Below are positions 11,101 through 24,100 of a stretch of DNA of 64,000 nucleotides, one piece after another. A program made the translations under genes and the position numbers. Below the pieces are notes generated by a model. The model ran no database searches. It worked only from the letters and a program-made list of their open reading frames with translations, and had not been told where the DNA came from. Source of the stretch: Marsupella aquatica. Lineage: Eukaryota; Plantae; Marchantiophyta. Position 1 is the first letter of the stretch, and every line of letters starts with the position of its first letter. The stretch covers positions 20,102,803 through 20,166,802 of the forward strand of contig OZ316895.1 of the NCBI GenBank assembly GCA_973895155.1, written 5' to 3'.

Positions 11101-13373
11101 TGAGTCCGTCTCCATCCTGCTTTCTCATTAAGTATCAGCAATTGGCAATAGCAAGCATGAGAGAATATCATTTTTGTCTTAGCCATGTATAGATTACATG
11201 AAACGAAATACTAGGACCACGTGATGCTGCTCTCCACACTGATGTCACATTGAGGTTAATCTAGACTGCTTCCGTTCTTCTTTCGTTGAAGGCTTGAGCA
11301 AATGTAGGGTTTTCAGCTCAAGATTTTCAGACCGTTTTATTGAATTTCAACTTAGGAGAAAACATACACTTGAAGGTCCACTTAAACTACTGTAGAGACC
11401 ACCATAGTATTCAGGAGAAAGCATGAACCACATCTAGCTCAGCAGGTTGTTACTGCCATCCCTTTCCTGCAGATTTTCTGTCTAGGAATCAGCTTAAGAT
11501 GGGAGAATCCCACAAGGTCAACTTTCACATGATTCGCAGTTATTATCCATGCAAACAACAGCTTCATAATCAGCTTGACAGGAACATCTAGGTACAATAC
11601 TGAAATGAAGGCAATCAAGTACCTTTTGGACAAAAGTCTCAACCCAGGTACATTCAATGGCTCGTAACATGTGATAAAATCTTTGCAGTCTCTGCAATTA
11701 GGAAATGGAAAACTAGTGAGTTTCATACTCAAAGGGGGTGGCAGAAAAAATGATGTGGCTGTACTCAATATCATGGCTGAAAAATATATCTGGCCACAGT
11801 GCAAAATTTAGTGTCGAAAATCTTCCGAAAGGAAATGTACCTGCATCACAGGTTTCTGGTCACCGCATGACACTTCATAATTTGGTATCGGTCCTACTTT
11901 TCCTGGATACATGGCGCTAAGATCCTCCATTGTGCTCACCAGTACCTGCCGATCGTGACTGGTCAATTCAAAGCTTTCTTGCACGGAAGGACTTTGTTAA
12001 CTCAATTCCTTCGCTCGATTCTGAGTAGCAGGATTAGGAAGCAATATATAATGCCTGAATACTTTCAAATAATTGGCCCTAATCAAGATCAAGGAATAAC
12101 ACACCTTGTCAAGATCCGCCAGGGGGTCACAGGGAGGCAGATTTAAGGTCTCCCGGAGTAGAAGCACGCGATGCCGGAGTTCTACCATAACAACAAGCCC
12201 TCCAACCCATCCATAAGCTCCCAATCTTTCACTATCCAACTCATGTAAACGTGCCATGTTCATGTCCAGCCTAGTTTGGAGTGGAAGTTGTGATGGAGCA
12301 CATGCCTGAAAATGACATCAACTGCAGATGTCAACTGCCATTCCCATCAATTCGTGTAGACAGCTCTCCACAGATTTCAGGGACTCTGTATCTCTAAGAT
12401 TTTATACGCAGGAGCAATCAAACATCATATTCTCTTTCAGCCAACAAGGATCTAAACAAAAAGAAGGTTCAGGTATAGGACTGCATTAGCACCGCTGACT
12501 GAAGAACTTCTTGTGTCGATAACCAAGAAAGCATAAACTCCATATCAACGTCCCCCAGTGCTGTCAACTGGATACAAGTTTCATGTAGAGGTTTCAATTA
12601 GCTCACTGGACAGCATGTCCTCAAAATTCAGATAAGTCACCAGCATAGACGCTAAAGAGAAAGGAACCTTCATATTCAAGAAATGTACGCAAAAGACTAA
12701 GATCAAATACCTTGGCCGATTCTGGCCCAAGAATTTCGGCCAAGCGTTTCTCACTGTTCATAACATTCTCCTCCAAAGCTGTTCTTCGGCGGACCCCCTC
12801 TTCCAATGCCTGAAGATAAACGTGTTACTGCCAATCTCCCTACACGGACTACTTCATGTAATATACATTTCATACAAACGAAACAGGCTCATTTGAAACA
12901 AATTCGAAAAGATCAGCAGCATACAGCCACTTTCATCATAACTTCATTTATGGATTGGTTATTAAGGTAAAGGTTGCTGAGGGTGCCTTGAAGCACGATG
13001 TCTTGTAGAAGCAAGAAACAGCCGAAAGGACACCTTGAAAAGTGGCTCGTCTCATGGACTGTAATCTGGATCTTTTCTTGACCAAACAAGCTGGGCTGGG
13101 CTGAGAAGTAGTAGCATGAAGTTTTCGGTTCAGATTTGCACAAAGGAGCTTCATCTTTGAAGCAAAAGGCACACCTTCAAGCCTCCATGGGTGCAGTCCA
13201 ACCACAGAGAAGCAAGAGGCAGGCTTGGTGGTAAGGAAATGTACGAAGTTCGTGAACAACTTGCTTACTTTGTCATAAACCTTGTCTACGGCAGCAGCTA
13301 TCAATTGGCGGAGCTCTTCTAGTTTCTGGCTTTTCTCTTCACCAATTTCCTGGTCAAGCATCCACCCTGGCAT
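8149..13373 (-). CDS. Multi-exon At4g04980-like protein (CHUP1/IPGA1-related C-terminal domain, proline-rich linker)
   Basis: Approximate exons: 13281-13373, 12711-12809, 12105-12306 (MVELRHRVLLLRETLNLPPCD), 11841-11945 (LVSTMEDLSAMYP), 11623-11691, probably ~11060-11140, 10718-10900, 9635-10436 (PPPPPPPPMPP...LKRS...LYRNLKTKIEG...GMAEALAEMSKR), 9234-9399 (STYFQKIEDDV...LTDETQ), 8924-9088 (VLARFKGFPSNKLETLRLAAALY), 8567-8719 and 8149-8367 (LWKAFQLAYRVYNFAGGHDD). GT-AG junctions were seen. The start codon is uncertain. Confidence 0.85.
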
Positions 13374-16300
13374 CCTCTTACTTCCATCACTTCACAACAT
13401 GTGTGAATTATTATTCGTTACTTCAGTCCTCAGTCACGGATTACAGAGCAGTTAAGGTATCCGGAGCTTTGCCATGCACATAATCCGAGATGATGAAACT
13501 TACATCCTTGAGATAAAAGTACAAACGTGGTTTTGATTACAATCAGAGTAGCAGGTATGACGGACGAGACGGTAAGTTGAAGGCTGCCACATTCGTACTG
13601 TTTGTGTCGTGACAGCACTTTTAGCTAGGGAAATCAAACATGATATATTTAACAAGTCCCCAGAAACAGAGGACATGGCCGAAGTCTGCCTGGCACATAT
13701 CATTGCATTCACAAGGAGATGCAAGCCTCTTTAAACCCTGGACAGGCATAATGAGGACAGACGGCACAAACGGTCTTAGAATGAGTCTACACGGTTCGGT
13801 TACGTGCCAAAACCGTTTCGCAGTTGGGGAACAGGACAAATCTTCCGGCTGAATGTCATCTATCTCTGAGACAATTTGGGTCATACACGAATTCCCGAGG
13901 CAAAATTGCGAAGGACGTTTGCGGGTTGCCAGTCAGAGACGACATCTTTGAGATGCTCAGGGGACAAATTACAATCACCGGCTACTGTAAGAGGTGCTCG
14001 TCGCTGTGGCTTCGACGTGTAGACGGGATGGGCGGCATAGCAAAAGAGTTAAACTACGCAGTGGTTGATTAATGCATCCAATGATTAGCACACGGTTAGA
14101 TTGCAAGTTCATTGAACTTTACGACGCCGCATTCATTCGTGCTAGATTAGAGAATCGATACGGCCGGGAAAAGTACAGTGAGTGTCAGGGAGGGAACAGA
14201 GAAGGAGACTGAAACACGGCACTCAGGCATCATTCATGGATCCCCACAGCAGACGCGCCGCTCGATGGCAGGTCGACATGAATCGAAATATAAAAATATT
14301 GAATGTCTGCAGGCTTCGATCTCCACCAGCGAAGGGCGAGATCGATGCAGTTGATCAATCGCGGTTGTGTCGTTGCCAGCTGAGAGACGCCCTCAAGCCG
14401 CGTCAGGTCCATGGGATGTGCAGGACCTGGTGGGCCATGAAGGATTTAAGTAGATAGCGATTAGCAGGGATTATTCGACAATCCCAGTCGAAATACGAAG
14501 TGACATCCAATCACGAAACCGAGTAAGATGATTGAATGGAACTCTGAGGTAGGGGATTCCGGTTGCCCGGCCTCCAGTTCAATGCTATCGACGCTGGGTG
14601 AAATTCAAAATGATAAACTCTGGAACAGGTCAATTGAATACTGTCATGTCATGTTGTGATGGGCTCTGGTAAAGTGCATCGGATAGCTTCATGTCGTTGC
14701 ATGACGGTCTCGACAGGGTCGAATTCAGTCTGCGCCATGGTGTGACGATATGTGCTGTGCGTCAGAAGGTCCCATTGGAAAGTTTAAACACGAGAGGGAG
14801 TCTTTGGGGCCGACTAGACGGTATTGGTGACCAAGTGCTCCTGCGAGGTCCCAACCCCCCATCTGTGTTCTTGTTTTAAAGAACTTAAAAAAATTCAAGT
14901 GACACATGTTTGGAGGAGAGGGAAGCATAGGAGAGGTCAAGTTGGGGTCTGCACTTACATCCCAAATGATTTGAAGCTCGGCCTGGCGATCCCCACGGCG
15001 GAGGGATGCGTCGTCGTTTTGTTTGTGCGCACCGAACAGAGATTTTAAGCGAGGAACTTTGGGACCACACTGCCCAAGCCCTGCTTCACACTTACACCAA
15101 CACCGGCTCATCTCTCCTCCTGCTCCGCTTTTCCCAGGGATAATGATTTACCCCACGTTCTATAACACCTTAGTTAGCAATATGATTACACTTCCAGTAC
15201 AGGAGAATTCATTAAACCGCCATTTTCAGTCACATTGATAGATTGTGACTTCCCATGCCACCAATTCAGCTTGATCAGCATTTGTGAATCAAAGTCTGCA
15301 TTGCAACGCCCACCATCCACCCTCCAGAATCCATCGGCTTTGAGTTCCGTTCTCACTAGCCGTCAGCAGTGTGCTCGGGAATAGAGCGAAGAAGCAGCAC
15401 GAAACAGACGCGCCTCGGAATCCCTCCCGTCCTGATGATCCCTTCCAACAGCTTCCTGAGCGCAACAGCAGCAGAACCAATGGTGAAAAGGTCGGCCTCA
15501 ACCCCCTGATGGCAACGGCGGCGTCATAGTCATGTGTCCTCGTAACCGATCGAACTGCTTGCAAAACGCCATTCTGACCACCATCTGTAGCCAAAATTCC
15601 ATCAGCATCAGGCAATCGTACACAAAGCATTCAGAAATTGTACAGACTGGGCCAAAAGCATTTGCATCCCCCCCGGACTTAAAAACTCCTTGATCAGCTT
15701 CTAGAGTCAACCGCAGTCCCAACCCCGGCCAAATTTTAGCTTATCTCCATATCCGGCTCGGTCCCAAGGCCTCTGTACCGGATGGAAAAGGCGTTGTGCC
15801 TTCAAACTGTGAACCGCATTCTGAGATGACTGTCACTTGAATCCGCCTACGACAAGCCAGATTGTCCAGTGCCATCGCTCACCCGCTAGTGGGTTAAAAT
15901 AGAATTAGCCCACACGATAACGGACGACAAGAGTGATTTGAATCTGGTTTACTCTCTGTGTCAATGATCTCACTTGGAACCTTTGGACCGATTGTCCGAA
16001 CAAGCAAACATTAATCTCTCTACTTCTTCCCTCGGACTAGAAAAGTTCGATTCTACTCTACAACCAAACAAGGATCAAGGCTATGTCGACCGTCAACGAG
16101 AATGCCATGCGTGACTTTTACAAAGAGAGTGGGTTTGTTAGGAAATGTGATTACAATGCAGCGTAGCTAGCAGTCGGCGCTTTGCAAGGATGGACTGAGA
16201 GCTCGTCAATTACATCATCTCAGAAAACGAAGCCGTTGGCTAGAGAGCAAAAGAACGTACAGAACTCTCATCCAGCATTTCCGAAGACGAATTGCTGTGA

Positions 16301-16963
16301 CCAAATCTCTCGAGAGAAAATAATGAAAGAAAATCTGCTAAGATTCATGCGGAGGAGCGGGTCTCATGCAATCCTGCAATGTGCTAAAAGGCGCAGAGCA
16401 TGCAAACGACCGTTGTCAAGTTTAGAATCTGGACGTCTGTGCAAATGCCAGACACAGTAACTGCCTTCGAAACGCTCTAAAACTTTTTGCTTTCCGACCA
16501 CTTCATGCAACCTTTGCCTCTCTCAACTTGAGAAATGGGTGTGAATCATTTTACGTTCATTCAACATCCGGCCTCGACTATCTTCTTCTGCATGACCCAT
16601 CAAACACACTTCCCCCAGCGACCTGCTAAACCCGACATGTTATCACTCTCTCTCGTTCTCGATCTCCTGCAGCTGAACTGTCTTTCAATCAATCCTCTCT
16701 CCCAAATCTCTATTCTCTCTCGAAAACATGGTTAGAAAATTGGTTCCCTATCGGTCAATCTGTCTGCATTTCACTGACACGTCTTTCTCCCTCCCTCCAT
16801 GCACTTTTCACCTGCACGCATTTATGTACTGTCCTCTCGCCACACACCAACAATACATCGCTGTGATCTCTCCATCGAGAGAACCTGACGTTCACGATTC
16901 AAATGCCTACGTTGTATCAGTTTCCGTTGATTGGGGGGGCTCTAAGCAAATTTTCTCTGTATC

Positions 16964-17473
16964 ATGAAATTCCATGTCTTTACCCGTGGATCTCTGCTTG
17001 CTGTTCTCGGCGTGACATCTTTGTACAAACGCGCATTGGCACTTCCACTATTCAAACACCCTTCGCCATCAATCCACCAACCTCGTGTTCTCCATGCCGG
17101 CGTCCATTCTCCTCGCTCTCTCTCTCAGTCCCGTCTAGTTCTTTACCAACTCAGCGATCTTTTCGCCACCACAATGTCATCCATTCTATCCAGATTAACT
17201 CACCAGCTGCATCCTCAACACTCTCATCAGTCCCTTCACACTTCTCAAACCTTTCAGACACGACCACCAACAACAATGTCTTTCTCACAGTCTCTCTCGC
17301 TCTTGTCTCCTCTCCACCAGCAATCCTCACACGCAACCATGCCGGACCAGCCCCCTGTCCTGTCAGAATCTCTCTCTCCACACCCGCCACCCTCACTCCT
17401 TTGTCCGGATTCCATCCCTCCCAGCAACTCCTCCCTCTGTCCTTTCCTGTCGGGATTCAGACCCTGCTGCTGA
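16964..17473 (+). CDS. Ser/Pro/His-rich short ORF ending LCPFLSGFRPCC; possible upstream-ORF-type peptide or leader of an unrecognised transcript
   Basis: ORF in a CT-rich leader-like region with several in-frame ATGs. No recognisable main ORF follows. Confidence 0.25.
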   Translation: MKFHVFTRGSLLAVLGVTSLYKRALALPLFKHPSPSIHQPRVLHAGVHSPRSLSQSRLVLYQLSDLFATTMSSILSRLTHQLHPQHSHQSLHTSQTFQTRPPTTMSFSQSLSLLSPLHQQSSHATMPDQPPVLSESLSPHPPPSLLCPDSIPPSNSSLCPFLSGFRPCC

Positions 17474-18004
17474 ATCTAGTCGCTCCCTGGCAGAACACAG
17501 GAGCAGAAAGGAGTATGATCATTGAGCCTTGGAGATGATGGAGAGCAGCAGCAATCTTTGGACCCTCACCACAAAAAGCGTCCCTAAATTTTCTTGTCCT
17601 TCCACCACCTTCTACTTTCTCTCATCAAGCTTCTGCTTGGTAACCCATTTCTAAATTACACAGCTCAAACGTCCCATTCCTCCTTGGCTTGCTCTAGTGC
17701 CTGGAGTCCTGTACCTCGGGACTGAGGAGCCACTCGATGACCCAACACAGTCAGAGAGCGAGCGAAAGTCGCAATTGTATGGCTGAGCCCCTGCTGCGTG
17801 CTGCTGCTGCCCCTGGATGATGATGGTCGACACGGAGTTCGATTGCGGACTCGTGAATTCAAAGTTTCAAATTCCCTCTCGTTCTTCTTCGCCATCATCT
17901 CCTTTGTTCCCCCACGGGGCACTTTGCTTTGCGTTGCTGGGCTCCACACAAGGGGAGAGAGAACCCTCCTCTCTTCACGCCCATCGAGTGCTGAACTGCT
18001 ACTG

Positions 18005-18310
18005 GCGACTGCCGGTCGAACGCTCTACCGTGGTTACCCTGCTGCTAAGCTGCCGTTCCCGAGCTTAATAAAGCCCGGGTTCGAACAGCAAGCAAGCGAC
18101 AGACGACGACTGCCGGTCGAAAGCTCTACCGTGGTTAAAACTTGCTGCTCCTCTGCCGTTCTCGAGATTGAAGCCCGGGTTCGAACTGAGCGACAGAAGA
18201 CGACTGCGGGTCAAGCTCTACCGACTACCGTGGTTCACTTGCTGCTGCTCTGCCGTTATCGAGAGTCGAGCCCGGGTTCGAGCAGCAAGCGACAGACAAC
18301 CACCGGTCGT
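18005..18310. repeat. Three ~100-bp GC-rich degenerate tandem repeats (GACTGCCGGTCGAA.GCTCTACCGTGGTT...AGCCCGGGTTCGA), probably transposon-internal
   Basis: Copies start at about 18008, 18108 and 18202. Confidence 0.7.
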
Positions 18311-19589
18311 ACGTCTCAGCTCCAACTTGGTGAACGGACTTCAAAGTTCGAACCCTGGGGGAGACAAGTGTGTAGCAGCTTACTTTTTTAATGATTTAAC
18401 TTTTTCGCCATGCAGAGTGTGTAACGGAGAAGGTGCTCAAACTATTTTTTATCTGATTATATTTATCAAACTGTCAAAAAATAGAGGGCGCCTAAGTGGG
18501 AGACATGATCCCTAGGCAAAGGACCCAATCAAGGGGCATACTCAGATCTCCATACATTAAGGATGACCATCAGATTCTCGCTAATGGGACCTGTGATTAT
18601 GTGGAACACTGGTTAATGAGACAGAAAAATACAGCCAATTTTGCCAAAAGTGGCAAAAGCTTGTTTGGGAAGGTGAAATTTGGCAAACCTTTTGCAACTA
18701 AACAAACACTGCTGGTAGGAACCCATGACCCTGAGGGGGTCATAGGCTGTAATCTGTGGAGGCGGCAAGAACGAGGGGCCCATGGGTTAGCCAGCATAAC
18801 CCCTCACACATTTTCCACATAAATTTGGAGGTTCTGAGACTTGAAAAGACTGTCTGGGGATTATGAGATTTGGAACCGCCAAGCCAGGCTGGCAAGGGAA
18901 TTACCGAGAGGACCTGGCTGTGACTGTTCAATCTAGCTTGTGGGGTTCTATCCCATTAGGATGTGTCACAACATTGCCGCAAGCTAGGTCTAATGGCTGA
19001 AAGGTTTTGGACATATCATCCTTATGGGGTACTATTTAAGTAGCCTGTAACTATATTTGTCCTGGTCACAAAAGTTTGTTATGTCATTGGCTGCAATTCA
19101 GTTATGGTCCTGTTTTCACACACCCTATTGTCTGTGACACAAATACAAAGCAAAAGACTTTGAGGTTTCCAGGTCCCTAACCAAGTCGTCTTGTCAAAAA
19201 AGAATCACAACTTGATATATCATATGTCCTTTCCTCTTCCTCTCATGTGTATTTTCAGCCTATCCCAACTATCTTAGGTGATCTATACTCACAAATATGT
19301 GCCATATTATTCTCTACTACCGATAGATCATCACATTCTAATTAACCATCATCAAAACTGGCTTTTGCTTGTTTTGTAGTGTAGATAGCTGCCCAATACT
19401 ACCTAACTCCCAATTTTTGTTTTTATTTTGTTTAACCCTGTTGTAGATCCAACCACCAATGAGGGAAAGATCCTAACTCCAGTGGCACTGCACCTGGATA
19501 GACAGGTCCTCCAGGCCTTAGATTCATATGTTCTTGGGGTTCTTTGGCATGTTCTGAACCTTGCTGCCACTTAGGGAGACCTCCCTACT

Positions 19590-20249
19590 AGGGCGTCTCA
19601 AATATAGGGCGTTTGAGTAATTTTCCGTGCCTGGGAGTATCGGTGCCCGGGCTTCTGGGCAGGACTGGTCAGGCACCGATTGTGGTGCCCGACCAGTCAC
19701 GCCCGGGAAAGCTCCTACCGACCGGGATTACCAAAAACGAACAAAGAACGAAAGGCTAACGAACAATAGGCCATTGGCATTTGCACCCGCGACTCGTGTC
19801 ATAATTGAGTACTCAAAAAAATGTGGCCCGCATTGTTGAACTAAGACGTCATTCGCAACGACCATACAACCATGACTCATTCCATGCACACGTAGTCGAC
19901 ACAATCTCTACGTGGTTCACCTCTTCTCCAAGGCTACGTCCACACGAACACTCAAGCTTTACTTCAAGAGTAGACGAACACACATGCTCTCTCTCTCTTC
20001 CTCCTGTTACTCTGTTACAATGAGTAAGCACCACACACCAACGGCTTACACTAGCCCTGGTATATACAAGGTCACACACGACTAACCTAACCTCAACTAA
20101 GATCTTAACTGTGGTTAGCCTAAGTGCCGTAACCTATGAGTCACAAGACTAAGAGCAATCCTTAACACGCATCAACCCTCTCGCGGTGCGCCCGACTGTG
20201 TCTCAGGCCGCCCGTGTATGAAGCTTTTTTTCCATATTTGAGACGCCCT
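19590..20249. mobile_element. ~660-bp MITE (non-autonomous TIR element)
   Basis: Perfect TIR AGGGCGTCTCAAATAT (19590-19605) and ATATTTGAGACGCCCT (20234-20249), flanked by the direct repeat ACT. The flank reads TACTA if the termini are taken as GGGCG...CGCCC. Confidence 0.8.
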
Positions 20250-20882
20250 ACTAGTGTACATCCTGGGCACCCACCTCCCTGCCTGAGGACACCAAACTCA
20301 ACAAAGGCACATCCACCACAGTTAATTTCTGGTCGAAGGTGACACAGTACATTTGACTGACTCCGGGGTGACACAAACTGGACCTGGTTAGCCTCTGTCT
20401 GGGTTAATAATACAGGCACACTTGACACTCCGCAGTTCAGACAGCAACGGATAAACCAACCGCATGTTGTCTTGTAACGGGTACAAGTACTGCCGGTATA
20501 ACACATTATGCCAAATTTAGCCTCCACTTTGAGACGATTGGATGCACTAAACAGATGAAGACAAAACAGGTACTGCACGTTACCCCATTTAGTAGTGTAG
20601 TTACTGCATGTAGACCTCCCTGAAGACAGAGTGGTTGACTGGTTAACCTACGAGACTGACGTGGTTGAGAAAGAGGCGCAACAGCAAGATGACAGAATAA
20701 TGATCATTATAAAAAAGAAGCCTACTGCAGTAGACTATGGTAGTAGAGCACTATAATAATGTACAGCCCCTCCTCGCACGAACGGGTGAACGGTATGATT
20801 TTATTTTGCTTTTAATTTCGGAGGGGAGGTGTCAATCATGAAAAAACAGCAAGAGGAAGGGGGGGGGGGGGGGCCTTTTGTT

Positions 20883-21110
20883 ACAGAAATTCAAAAAGGT
20901 GCAGGCACACTAAAGTGATGCGATGGATTCAATTAATATCCACTCTGGACTCATGTCACAGAAATTTAAAAAAGTGTACGCACACTAAGACACTAAGTGA
21001 TGCGATGGTTTCAATTAGTATTCACTTTGGACTCATGCTGCAGAAATTCAAAAAAAGTGCACGCACACTAAGTGATGCAATGGTTTCAATTAATATTCAC
21101 TTTGGGACTC
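20883..21110. repeat. Three ~75-83-bp tandem repeats (CAGAAATTCAAAAAAGTGCACGCACACTAAGTGATGCGATGGTTTCAATT...GGACTC)
   Basis: Directly visible; preceded by a G15 run at 20859-20873. Confidence 0.8.
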
Positions 21111-24100
21111 TTGTGAATGATTTTAGCTTCCTTTTAAACCTGCTAAGGGCATCTCCAAACTATACAGAAAAGCATTATTAATTTTGGAATTAGTTTGAGT
21201 ACCCCTTGGTTATGTAACCTTGTTTATTCAACTATTTTGAATTATGAAGAGTTACACATTGGACTAGATAGATGAGACCACAATGATTAAATGGAGTACT
21301 CTAATGGATGTAAGGTTTAAAGGTAGTTTGTACAATTTCATTTAAGAGAAATAGGAATATATTCATGGTAATACCTAGGGTAATATTCCATGCAAAATGT
21401 TTCTCTTGGTACCTCTATGTCTATACAATACATGTGGCACTATATAGTTCATGCAAATATTGAATAGTTTGTCCATAGTAGTTGAAGGGTATTAGAGTCA
21501 CTTGGTATTCCTATGCCCATAGTAGTTATGGTGTTTCCTCTAACCATAGTAGCCAAAGGGATTCTTAAGTTTCCTTGGTAATTGTTAAAAAAGTTAAAAA
21601 GTTGCTTGGGTTTTTATGCTACCTTGATCAATGTTAGAGTAGTTGAAGAGTTTCTTTCTACTCATTATTATTTCAAAAATGTGTCATATAATCAAAAAGA
21701 TTACCAGAAAACATTGATATATCAATCACAACCTATCCAAGGTTTATTTTCTTTCACCCCTATTTTACCTCTTTCTTTGTTTAATTGAAATGTTGTTTTC
21801 AGTTTTTCATTGTTTTTACAGTTACAGGGTCTAACTATTTTTCTTTGCCTTGCTTCAATCACTAATAGTAAAATTTGGTTCTGCTTGCATAGCGTTCTTG
21901 TTTGTGACCAATCATGCTTGTGTGGCTATACATGCATCCAGGAATTTGGAAGCAATTTCCCATGGGGATCCGTAACTATGTAGATCAAATTAAATAACTA
22001 AAATGCCAAAATTGATGTCTAACCCATTCACTCTGTAACACCCAATTTTCAGGCTATGGGTTTTTGGTTATTGGACCTGAATTTGGGAGACAATATACAT
22101 CTTTAACTTCCTACCAGGTTCATTGTTGGGTTTTCTAGGTTATAGTCTAGGGTGGTGAAAGCTAATTTCTAGTATGGAGGAAAATAATGTAGTAAAGGTT
22201 GGAGCTGAATTGCATTTGATAGTGAATGCTACTTACAGGATACTAAGAAAGGGATGTTGTCAAGCTGAGTATTTACTCCTTACATTAATCAAATACAGTA
22301 ACCTTTGGAGAAACTCCAAGTGATGGGATGGTTTATAATTAATATTCACCTTGGATTTTGGAGAGAAATATACACTTCCTTTTCAACATGCTTCCATGGT
22401 ATTTCCTGCAAAGTCAGATAAAAGGGGACCCTAAGTTGTTATTTTTTAAAGCAAAATGTATATCGTTTTGGACATTATGCTTTGCGTGGCCATTTTGCCT
22501 GTCACCTTAGGTTCTCACAGGGGTTTTAGTCTCCACATGAAAGGAGGTGATAGGGGAAGCAGACAAAATGCCTCCAAAAGGTGTAGCAGGCTATGTGAAG
22601 AAAATGTGGGGATGCAGAAATTTCAGACCTTGAGAAATTATTGAGCAACTGGTTTCTTGGCTCTACAGAGACACATTTGGCTAGACTTGTGAGGACTTGA
22701 AGGGTACTGTCCCTTCTGGCCAACACTACAGCTTGATTCCAGCCGCTTGGTGCCAGGATTATCGAATTGCTTGAGTGCCTGTACTGCAGGTTGTTGATGA
22801 AGGCATCTATTGTATAGAACTGGGCTTGCCCAGCGCTCATTTCAATTGGCATGCAAAGGCCTCACAAATGGGACATTTGGGGCCCTCAAGTTGAGACCTT
22901 CGTAAAATGCACTTCTATTAGCTCACCCAGCCAGCTTTTCCAAGATAGCTGCTAGGTCCTGTGGCGATGCTATAACAGGCTCAACCAAAAGAGACTTGTT
23001 TCCGTTCCCCCAAACCCCTCCAGCTTACAGCAAAGCAAGTGGATACCCAAAGTGACCGATTAGGGAAACCTTGCAAGCAAACACAAAATTTCAAACCACA
23101 CCAATCTGGTCTATCTATGATTTGCAAAAAACTGTGACCCCCAAAGAGAAAAGTCAGTTCATGAGAGCATAGATAGATGATGGTGTCAGCTCTATCAAGG
23201 TTCATACATATCGGTCAAATGTTTTGAATTCTCCTTGTTGGGGTTGCCTTGGTGTAGCCTTTCCAACTCTGTTTTGGTCTGAGTGGCTTTGCATTTTTCA
23301 TTGGTTTTATAAAATCAAAGGTTTTTGCCACTCGAGCTCCCTTGCAAGTTGCACAGCCAAACATGCTCAAACTGGTTTTCCTTTTCCTTTTCAAGAAAGA
23401 CCAAGTCCTAGAAGAAGTGTTGGAATCAAGACCACCAAGAGAGACTCCATTTATTGGCCCACTTAAGGGCATGGATTGGACTTAAGAAGGGGTACAGGAC
23501 GTTACTGAGTTAGAATTTTTTAGCTGTGATGGAGGTCCCATTTTCCACAGCCGGTTCAGCTTTTAACCATACTGTACCTTACCCTAATTCGCCGTCCTTC
23601 TCAATTTGACTGGATCACTGGAATAGTCAATAGTGGAATTAGCCACCAAACGCATACGAGCAGAAGTCTATACAATTCCCAACTTTCAAATTCATAACAT
23701 CTTTGACTCATTTATTGCACCCTTTTGCTTCTTAATTGAGAAAGGGACGGACATGATTTAAGGTAATGGAATAGAACTGGATTCGCCAAAAAAATTGTCC
23801 TTACAAAACGGAAACTTTGGTTTCAAGAAGGTACAAGATGTGATGCTGTGATACTGGGTATATTTCTGTTTCATACCCAATTACCCATTGCCTCCGAGAA
23901 TGTAGAAACAAACTCCAGCCCAGAAAAATAATTTGAAACACAAATGTCTTGGCTACCATAACAGCACCTAGGGTACACTATCGTTTTATATCAGTCATAT
24001 AAGCTGGAGAGCGCAAGTTATGTATTTTTATGTCTTTGGGCTGTTTTCAGGGTCAAGGAATCAAACAGAGAGTACAATTTTCTCACATTACTTGCACACA

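Noticed and set aside
16903-17538. 211-aa Ser/Pro-rich ORF
   Set aside because: Explained by CT-rich low-complexity sequence lacking stops; it overlaps another equally weak ORF.
17798-18391. 197-aa ORF
   Set aside because: Runs through GC-rich ~100-bp tandem repeats, has a non-ATG start and shows no domain.
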